Of a stretch of 64,000 nucleotides of DNA, positions 57,382 through 64,000 are shown piece after piece (position 1 is the stretch's first letter; every line of letters begins with the position of its first letter). The notes under the pieces were generated by a model. The model saw only the letters and a list, made by a program, of their open reading frames with translations, ran no database searches and was not told where the DNA came from. A program made the position numbers and the translations under genes. The stretch lies in the sequence record SRR31156797_707; one strand, given 5' to 3'.

Positions 57382-58002
57382 ATGAGTTTTGAAATTCTTT
57401 TGGCATTTTCTTTAACAACTATAACGCTTATTGCTATCCCCGGTCCTACAGTTATGGCGCTCATAGGATATTCTGTCACCCACGGTCGAAAAGCCGCTCT
57501 GCCTCTTATCACCGCAGTGGTTTTAGGTGACGGTACAGCTATACTTCTCTCCTTATGCGGGCTTGGAACTATACTCGCCAAATCTTCTGCGCTATTTCAT
57601 ACTATCAAAATAGCTGGTGGCATATACCTTTTATACCTTGGTATTAAACAAATTTATTCTGGTTTCAAGATAAACAGTACAGTAAGTGAAAAAACGAAAA
57701 TCTCTCGTAAGAAGATATTTCTCAACACGTATATGGTTACAACTTTAAACCCAAAGGGGATAGTGTTCTACGTTGCGTTTCTTCCTCAATTCGTAACTAC
57801 AGGCTCTAATGAGATTTTCCAGCTATCAATACTCTCTGGGACATTTATCTTTCTCGCTGTTATCAATGCGACTTTCTACTGTATTTTCGCAAGCAGAGCA
57901 AAAAGCTTTCTTACAACATCTAAAAGTCAGAGGTATTTTAATTTTTTCAGCGGCGGATTGCTTTCATCAGCAGGGATTTGGGCACTAACATCTAAGAGAT
58001 AG
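57382..58002 (+). CDS. LysE/RhtB family translocator
   Basis: IPGP, K-x-x-GG-x-YL-x-YLG, LNPK-x-x-x-FY-x-AFLPQF. Confidence 0.92.
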   Translation: MSFEILLAFSLTTITLIAIPGPTVMALIGYSVTHGRKAALPLITAVVLGDGTAILLSLCGLGTILAKSSALFHTIKIAGGIYLLYLGIKQIYSGFKINSTVSEKTKISRKKIFLNTYMVTTLNPKGIVFYVAFLPQFVTTGSNEIFQLSILSGTFIFLAVINATFYCIFASRAKSFLTTSKSQRYFNFFSGGLLSSAGIWALTSKR

Positions 58003-58822
58003 GGGTTCTGCTCATTCTTCTCGGTGTGAGACCGTAGATTTTCTTCAGCCAGCGGTTCATATGGCTCTGATCACTATATCCGCACTCGACTGCGGCATCT
58101 GCATATTTAACACCACTAAGCACCATCCCCTTAGCCTTCGCAGCCCGAAGTGATGATACATATTCATAAGGCGCTAACCCGACATCTGCACTGAAAGACC
58201 TTATAAAGTGAAACGGACTCACACCAGCTATACCTGAAAGCTTTGAAATTGTTATATTTGAGTTAAGGTTATCACGAATATAGGATTTTACTCTGCTCAG
58301 CTTCGAGCCTAGTTTATAGATACGCTTATCTTCCGGTCGCTTGTCTGTGTGTCTGTAGATTGTTCTGGAAAGGATAGATGTCAGCGAAGATTCAATATAA
58401 AGCCTGTCGCAATCCCCCGAAAGCATGACACCTGTCAGCTTTGCTATGTCAGAAGCAAGCTCACCGTCATTCATAACACCTGACGAGATGAAAGGAGTAG
58501 CATATTTATCAGCTATATTACTATAGGCATTACGAAAAATATCTTCCTCAAAATATAGCATATTATAACACCAGCCTGAGCTGTCATAGGAGTGTCCGTC
58601 ATGGATTTCATCAGGGTTAACGCTATTGAGATGACCAGGAACAGCCGTAAGATTCTCTCCACGATACTGGAATTTCATCGCTCCGGATGTTATTGTGCCT
58701 AGCCCGTAACCCTCGTGCCAGTGCTTAGCAAAGACCTGCTTAACATACCACGCACGCATTACGTCAATATCACCTAAATAGGTGGAGTACCTTACATAGC
58801 TCGGTTTATCTGCTTCCATCAT
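57992..58822 (-). CDS. AraC family transcriptional regulator
   Basis: F-x-x-H-x-H cupin; SPFHFIR-x-F...G-x-x-P; GYSDQSH; start overlaps the bioC end. Confidence 0.92.
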   Translation of the reverse strand: MMEADKPSYVRYSTYLGDIDVMRAWYVKQVFAKHWHEGYGLGTITSGAMKFQYRGENLTAVPGHLNSVNPDEIHDGHSYDSSGWCYNMLYFEEDIFRNAYSNIADKYATPFISSGVMNDGELASDIAKLTGVMLSGDCDRLYIESSLTSILSRTIYRHTDKRPEDKRIYKLGSKLSRVKSYIRDNLNSNITISKLSGIAGVSPFHFIRSFSADVGLAPYEYVSSLRAAKAKGMVLSGVKYADAAVECGYSDQSHMNRWLKKIYGLTPRRMSRTPIS

Positions 58823-59549
58823 CTTTGCGCCCATACATATAGAATATATTGTATGTCACAGGGATTCTACCATTTTCACCAAAAAGCTCCGGATAAAGCT
58901 CGGTAAACTTCTGATATGCAGACTTAGATGTGAATTTGCTCGCTCCGGTGAATGTTGCCCCGGTCCCCTTCTGCTTTTTCAGGAACTCTTTCGCTGAGCC
59001 GAACCAGAGAACATACTCCTTCTCCTCGTATTCAGCCTCCAGAATTCCTCTGTATTCATCACCAGCACGAAGATCGTAAACCGAACCGAAACCTGTCATC
59101 CCCTCAAGGATAGCCATCTCGGTGAAGGTTCCCTTCGCAAATATAGAAAATGCGAACTCGCCGCCAGGCTTAAGCAGTTTGAGCATAGCCGGGATGCTTA
59201 ATGAAGGATTTGAAAACCACTGAAGTGCAGACGAGCCGGTGATAAGGTCAAACTCCCCCTTAACAGGAAGGCATTCTCCGTCAGCACAGATGTAATTGTT
59301 CTCAGGGTGTTTCTCCATCGCACCTTTAAGAAGTGAGTGAGCAATATCAACGCAAGTTATTTTTGCATCAGGATATTTCGCACGGAGCAGGTCAGTATAG
59401 ATGCCAGTACCTGTGCCTATTTCCAGTATGTTTACATGCTTGCCGTCAAGCTTTTCAGCCAGATGGTCAGCCACAAGCCTCTGTATGTCGCAAGAAGAAT
59501 CGTATGTATTACAGGAAGCGTCGAACGAACGCTTTATGTGTATTCTCAT
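58806..59549 (-). CDS. bioC: malonyl-ACP O-methyltransferase
   Basis: F-x-x-x-x-x-TYD...Q, LEIGTGTG, LQW, GTF-x-E; bio operon context. Confidence 0.85.
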   Translation of the reverse strand: MRIHIKRSFDASCNTYDSSCDIQRLVADHLAEKLDGKHVNILEIGTGTGIYTDLLRAKYPDAKITCVDIAHSLLKGAMEKHPENNYICADGECLPVKGEFDLITGSSALQWFSNPSLSIPAMLKLLKPGGEFAFSIFAKGTFTEMAILEGMTGFGSVYDLRAGDEYRGILEAEYEEKEYVLWFGSAKEFLKKQKGTGATFTGASKFTSKSAYQKFTELYPELFGENGRIPVTYNIFYMYGRKDDGSR

Positions 59550-60133
59550 ATTTTATACTGCTTCAAAATCTCAGCCGGAATAAAATGCCCAACACCCTCC
59601 AGCTCAATAAGCTCGCAGTCTGATTTAAACTGTATATCACGTGAAGCCTCAACACTGACAATAACATCGTCCAGTCCATGCAGGCACTTTGTACCATTCA
59701 AATCATAGTTGAGGGTTTGTATATCTGTACGAATCAAATACCTGAGCTGATGGAGAAGTATATGAAAATGTCTCTCATCATATGTAGGTGTCTCTGGTGA
59801 TTTACAACGCTTAAAAAAGTCAGCTATTACCTTTTCAGGGAACTCAACAAACCTTTTCAGCATTTTCTCAAGGACACGCTCAGGGGTATATTTAGTAAAT
59901 TTTTCAAACGGAGCCGCCAACACAATATTCTCAAAATCAGGTTTTTTGCTCTGATCAAGGACGATATATGAACCCGTAGACCACGCAAACAGATTACGCC
60001 CACCCTCTCCTAGTAACTCACTGATATCTTGCAGTGAATGAGTTATAAACGGTACTACAAACTCAAACTCTCCAGCAAACTCGCCGAAAAGCTCCGGGTA
60101 TCCGCACCAGCCGGAAATGAATACATCTTTCAT
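59546..60133 (-). CDS. alpha/beta hydrolase, probable pimeloyl-ACP methyl ester esterase (BioH/BioG-like)
   Basis: SGW, AWSTG nucleophile elbow, HG-x-x-D, GHF; between bioF and bioC. Confidence 0.75.
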   Translation of the reverse strand: MKDVFISGWCGYPELFGEFAGEFEFVVPFITHSLQDISELLGEGGRNLFAWSTGSYIVLDQSKKPDFENIVLAAPFEKFTKYTPERVLEKMLKRFVEFPEKVIADFFKRCKSPETPTYDERHFHILLHQLRYLIRTDIQTLNYDLNGTKCLHGLDDVIVSVEASRDIQFKSDCELIELEGVGHFIPAEILKQYKI

Positions 60134-61287
60134 ATGCCTGCCGCCTTAAGCTCTTTAAATGCCTGCTTAATTCTGTCCATCTCATCAAGAACATCAAGCC
60201 TGAGTGACAAACGAAGCCTAGCACTATTCGCCGGTACAGTTGGCGGTCTGATCGCAGCAACATACATTCCTTTTTCAAGCAGAAACTCTTTCGCAAGGAG
60301 AGCACGCTTGTTATCACCTAGTATAACAGGAATGATCTGTGTCATACTTGCTCCTGTATCAAACCCTAAGTCCATAAGATATAAACGTAACTCCTCCGCC
60401 GCATCAAGGAGCCTGCCCCCTATTTCAGGGTATTTCGCCATATATTTAAGTGCACCGATCGTAGCCCCGATAACCGCAGGAGGGAGAGATGTGGAATATA
60501 TAAATGATCGTGATTTATTGCGCAGATAGTCAATTATAGTCTCATCAGAGGCAACATATCCGCCAAATGAGCCGAGAGCCTTACTAAATGTTCCCATGTG
60601 AATGTCGATCCTGTCAGCAAGACCAACCTCGTGTGCATAGCCTCGCCCACGACCGAAAACGCCCGTTGCGTGTGCCTCGTCTATGATGGTCATTGCGCCA
60701 TACTTCTCTGCTAATGACACAATTTTATAGAGCGGGCAAACGTCACCGTCCATACTGAAAACAGTGTCAGTGGTAATAACCTTCTCTTTTACGTCCTTAT
60801 GTTTTTCAAGGAGTTCTTCGAGGTCAGCCATATCCCTATGCTTATACCTAATGTGTTTAGCACCGGAGAGCTTTATGCCGTCTATGATACTTGCGTGGTT
60901 AAGCTTATCAGAGAAAACGTGAGTATCACGCCCGCATAGTGCTGAAAAAATAGCCAGATTCGCCGCATAGCCTGAGTTGTAAACAAGAGCCAATTCTCTA
61001 TTTTTATAACTGGCAACCTTACGCTCAAGATCGTCATAAATCTTATAGTTACCAGTAACTATCCTCGATGCACCGCTTGTTGTTCCGTAAGTTTCAACAG
61101 CTTTTACAGCTTCATCTCGGACTATATCAAGCTCAGACAAACCAAGGTAGTTGTTAGATGACAGATTCAGGTATTTTTTATCGTTTAGCACAATAAACTT
61201 ACCAGAGCCATTTTCAATTTGTGGCATCTCACGGTACAGGTCTTCGTTTTTGAACTTTTCCAGTTCTCTAAGTATCTTGTCTCTCAT
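60130..61287 (-). CDS. bioF: 8-amino-7-oxononanoate synthase
   Basis: SSNNYLGL, SGYAAN, LNHASIIDG, FSMDGD, DEAHA, GTFSKA, IRPPTVP. Confidence 0.95.
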   Translation of the reverse strand: MRDKILRELEKFKNEDLYREMPQIENGSGKFIVLNDKKYLNLSSNNYLGLSELDIVRDEAVKAVETYGTTSGASRIVTGNYKIYDDLERKVASYKNRELALVYNSGYAANLAIFSALCGRDTHVFSDKLNHASIIDGIKLSGAKHIRYKHRDMADLEELLEKHKDVKEKVITTDTVFSMDGDVCPLYKIVSLAEKYGAMTIIDEAHATGVFGRGRGYAHEVGLADRIDIHMGTFSKALGSFGGYVASDETIIDYLRNKSRSFIYSTSLPPAVIGATIGALKYMAKYPEIGGRLLDAAEELRLYLMDLGFDTGASMTQIIPVILGDNKRALLAKEFLLEKGMYVAAIRPPTVPANSARLRLSLRLDVLDEMDRIKQAFKELKAAGI

Positions 61288-61293
61288 AAAACG

Positions 61294-61321
61294 ATAATAT
61301 CAGAGTAGCCTAAAGTGTCAA
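61294..61321 (-). promoter_or_regulatory. bioF promoter, probably leaderless
   Basis: TTGACA-16-TATTAT, then 6 nt to ATG with no RBS. Confidence 0.6.
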
Positions 61322-61350
61322 TAATATGCTAGTCTATTAAGCAAAACTTA

Positions 61351-61449
61351 GTCATTGCGAAGCTCTGAAAGAGCTGTGGCAATCTTCTCACGTTGCACTA
61401 TCAAACCAGACTGGAAGACTGCCGCGTCGCTTCGCTTTCTCGCTGTGAC
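61351..61449. repeat. palindromic REP/RPE-like repeat element
   Basis: GTCATTGCGA...TCGCTGTGAC outer arms; GTGGCAATCTTC/GAAGACTGCCGC inner arms; AGCTC-TGAAA-GAGCT side hairpin. Confidence 0.7.
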
Positions 61450-61471
61450 ACATAAAAAATAAGGGCAAAAA

Positions 61472-62797
61472 ATGAAACCAGTTACAAATATATGGCACCC
61501 GTGTACCCAGATGAAAGACCACGAGAAATACCCTATAATCAAAATCGACAGGGGTGAGGGGATATACCTTTACGACGATAAAGGGAACGAATACATCGAC
61601 GCTGTATCAAGCTGGTGGGTAAATATTTTCGGTCATAACAACCCAAGACTTAAAGACGCGATCAAAAGACAGCTCGACAAGCTTGAGCACGTAATTTTTG
61701 CAGGTCTCACACACGACCCAGCCCTTGAGCTCACTGAAAGACTGCTCAAAATCACACCTGATAACCTTACAAAAGTTTTTTACGCTGATATAGGTTCCGC
61801 CGCTGTGGAATCAGCGATGAAACTTAGCTACGGCTACCGGAAAAATAACGGCATCACGGCGAAAAAACGCTTTATCTACCTCGACCACGGCTATCACGGC
61901 GAGACCCTAGGCGCACTATCTGTCTGCGGTGAACAGCTCTACACAGAGCTTTACGGCGACATTATGATGGATAACATCCGTGTGATAGGTCCCGACTGTT
62001 ATAAATGCCAATACGGAAAAACTCGTAATGACTGTAACGCTGAATGCTTCGAACATATGGAACAAGCGATGGAGAAACACGCCCACGAAACCACCGCAGT
62101 AATGATAGAGCCACTCCTTCAGTGTGCTGGCGGGATGAAGATGTTTCCGCCGATATACCTAAAGAAGCTTTGCGAGGCGGCAAAAGAGCACGATATACAC
62201 ACTATATTTGATGAGATCGCATCCGGCTTCGGTCGTACAGGAACCATGTTCGGCTTCGAGCAGGCTAATGTTAAACCGGATTTCGTTTGCGTATCTAAAG
62301 GGCTTACGTCCGGCTATCTCCCTCTGGCGGCGGTTCTCACCACTGATGAAGTTTATTCCGCCTTTTACGATGAGTACGAAAGCCTTAAAGCCTTCCTTCA
62401 CAGCCACAGCTTCACCGGAAATCCACTTGCGTGCGCAGTTGCAAATGAATCTATGCAGATGTTTGAAGAGCTTAATATCGTTGAAGAAAACAGAGCTAAG
62501 TTTAAGGTTTTGCAAGACTACTTAGACGAGAAATTCATAGGGAAACCACACGTTGGCGAAGTTCGTCACCTCGGAACAGTTAGTGCTGTTGAGCTTGTTA
62601 AAAACGTATCAACTAAAGAAAAATTCGACTGGAAAGACCGCGCAGGGTTCCAGATTTTCCGTAAAGCCATCACCAAAGGCGCATACCTCCGCAACATTGG
62701 CGATTCTATGTATTTCATGACACCTTACACAATCACCGAAGACGAGCTGATCAAACTTGCAGATATCTGCTACGACTCAGTTTACGAGGTTTTATAG
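61472..62797 (+). CDS. bioA: adenosylmethionine-8-amino-7-oxononanoate aminotransferase
   Basis: IWHPCTQM, SSWW, GYHGET, DEIASGFGRTG, SKGLTSGYLP, HSHSFTGNP. Confidence 0.95.
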   Translation: MKPVTNIWHPCTQMKDHEKYPIIKIDRGEGIYLYDDKGNEYIDAVSSWWVNIFGHNNPRLKDAIKRQLDKLEHVIFAGLTHDPALELTERLLKITPDNLTKVFYADIGSAAVESAMKLSYGYRKNNGITAKKRFIYLDHGYHGETLGALSVCGEQLYTELYGDIMMDNIRVIGPDCYKCQYGKTRNDCNAECFEHMEQAMEKHAHETTAVMIEPLLQCAGGMKMFPPIYLKKLCEAAKEHDIHTIFDEIASGFGRTGTMFGFEQANVKPDFVCVSKGLTSGYLPLAAVLTTDEVYSAFYDEYESLKAFLHSHSFTGNPLACAVANESMQMFEELNIVEENRAKFKVLQDYLDEKFIGKPHVGEVRHLGTVSAVELVKNVSTKEKFDWKDRAGFQIFRKAITKGAYLRNIGDSMYFMTPYTITEDELIKLADICYDSVYEVL

Positions 62798-63394
62798 ATG
62801 AAGAGAATATATATCACCGGAACAGACACAGAAGTGGGTAAGACATATTTTTCCGGCTTGCTATGTAAACATCTTGCAGATAAGGGTTATTCCGTCTGCT
62901 ATATCAAACCTGTTCAGACAGGGTATCCCGCTGATGATGACGCTAAAACCGTGGCAAAGATGTCAGGTGTTGCTGATTGTAAGGTACTGCATACGGCTGA
63001 GCCACCCGTTGCGCCGTATATAGCTTTCGACGAGTTCCCATATGAAGAGACTGTTGAGACTATCAACTCTGTCAGCGGTTTTGACTGGCTTATCGTCGAG
63101 GGTGCAGGTGGGATTATGGTTCCTCTGGACGGACAGTATATGAACTACGATCTGGCGAGAGACTGCAATCTCTCCTGTGTAGTTGTGGTTCCTAACAGAC
63201 TGGGCTGTATAAATCACTCACTCCTGAACAAGCATTTTATAGAAACTAACAAGATAGATTTCGCTGGGTTTGCGGTAAATAATCACTTTATGAAGAGTAA
63301 GTTCGACAGGTTTAACATATCCATGCTGAACGACCTGACAGCTCACTCTGTCAGGTACATTTTCAGCAAAGATTTAGAGTATATAAACGATTAA
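62798..63394 (+). CDS. bioD: dethiobiotin synthase
   Basis: ITGTDTEVGKT, KPVQTG, VEGAGG, LGCINH. Confidence 0.95.
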   Translation: MKRIYITGTDTEVGKTYFSGLLCKHLADKGYSVCYIKPVQTGYPADDDAKTVAKMSGVADCKVLHTAEPPVAPYIAFDEFPYEETVETINSVSGFDWLIVEGAGGIMVPLDGQYMNYDLARDCNLSCVVVVPNRLGCINHSLLNKHFIETNKIDFAGFAVNNHFMKSKFDRFNISMLNDLTAHSVRYIFSKDLEYIND

Positions 63395-63401
63395 CGGTAA
63401 G

Positions 63402-63869
63402 TTATGCGGTAATATAGCTTCGCATAGCTGAAACATCAGCGAGTGATCCGCCAGCTCCGGCCTTATTAGAGCCTGCGATAGCTTCGTAAATCTCGTCCGG
63501 TTCGATGTTATTCAGAGCATCCATATAGCGGTTAGCCACATCGAGTGCGCTCAGCATTTCATCTTCTGTCTTAGGGATTGTTATGTATTCTGAGCCGAAG
63601 TGAAAATATTTCTCTCTGGCGATCTCTATAGCTTCCTCAAGAACAGGATTGTCTTTATCAACATAGCCGAGAGCGTTAAGTGCTTCCGGTGCATATTCTT
63701 TTAGAGCTGCGTATGCCTCTTCTGAAAGCTGTACAGAATCAGCAATAGCCTTAGCCTCGCCGCCTGTTGTCTCTCTGAGGTGAGTCTCAAGTGACTCAAC
63801 ATGATTTGCAGATTCCTGCTCTATGTTTCCGTTTACTGACTGTTGGTAATAATTTCCATTAACTATCAT
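63402..63869 (-). CDS. hypothetical acidic protein
   Basis: GGGGG RBS; sigma54 promoter upstream; DSVQLSEEA motif. Confidence 0.7.
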   Translation of the reverse strand: MIVNGNYYQQSVNGNIEQESANHVESLETHLRETTGGEAKAIADSVQLSEEAYAALKEYAPEALNALGYVDKDNPVLEEAIEIAREKYFHFGSEYITIPKTEDEMLSALDVANRYMDALNNIEPDEIYEAIAGSNKAGAGGSLADVSAMRSYITA

Positions 63870-63904
63870 TTTTTGCCCCCGTTATAAGGTTTCACTGGTA
63901 TATG

Positions 63905-63920
63905 AGCATGTTGCGTGCCA
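63905..63920 (-). promoter_or_regulatory. sigma54-type -24/-12 promoter
   Basis: TGGCACGCAACATGCT (GG-N10-GC). Confidence 0.7.
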
Positions 63921-63942
63921 AAAATTAGCGGAATAATTTTCA

Positions 63943-64000
63943 CTATTCAGTTTCTTCAGCAGGTAATTCATATCCAAGTTGCTCTAACAGTTCAGGATTT
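63943..64000 (-). CDS. 3' end of a gene entering from outside the window
   Basis: ...NPELLEQLGYELPAEETE-stop. Confidence 0.5.
   Translation of the reverse strand, partial: NPELLEQLGYELPAEETE

Noticed and set aside
61300-61345. BirA operator between bioF and bioA
   Set aside because: Only a weak TGTCAA half-site that coincides with the -35 box; no convincing palindrome.
1-64000. CRISPR arrays, IS elements, prophage, rRNA
   Set aside because: No spaced direct-repeat arrays, transposase, integrase, phage or rRNA signatures seen by eye.

Overview
AT-rich (about 40% GC by eye), gene-dense bacterial chromosome segment. Gene content suggests an anaerobic diderm respirer, possibly Deferribacterota (inference, not verified). 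No transposon, prophage or CRISPR array is visible. The centre (about 25.0-43.4 kb) is an approximately 18 kb sulfur/selenium-oxyanion respiration island. It holds two paralogous Psr/Phs/Srr-type molybdopterin oxidoreductase ABC operons, a triple-rhodanese lipoprotein, a TorD chaperone, a DUF3373 outer-membrane protein, an FccAB-type flavocytochrome c, an orphan WtpA-like binding protein, two atypical small cytochrome c paralogs and a DUF134 regulator. Two recurrent palindromic operators link these units. The most unexpected signal is outside the ORF track: a 24-codon ORF at 20955-20881 (-) with an in-frame UGA in a U-x-x-C-H motif, followed 11 nt later by a SECIS-like hairpin. It ends just before a terminator that abuts the next gene's RBS, suggesting a tiny selenoprotein and/or selenium-sensing attenuator. 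Other content: tRNA-Val(GAC), a ttuB-ttuA-trmI tRNA modification operon, head-to-head paralogous pilin-like genes, a split glutamate synthase, mobA/mobB, rpsT, actP with DUF294, and a bioF/H-like/C plus bioA/D cluster with a palindromic repeat in its promoter region. All calls are by-eye motif recognition; no database searches were run.
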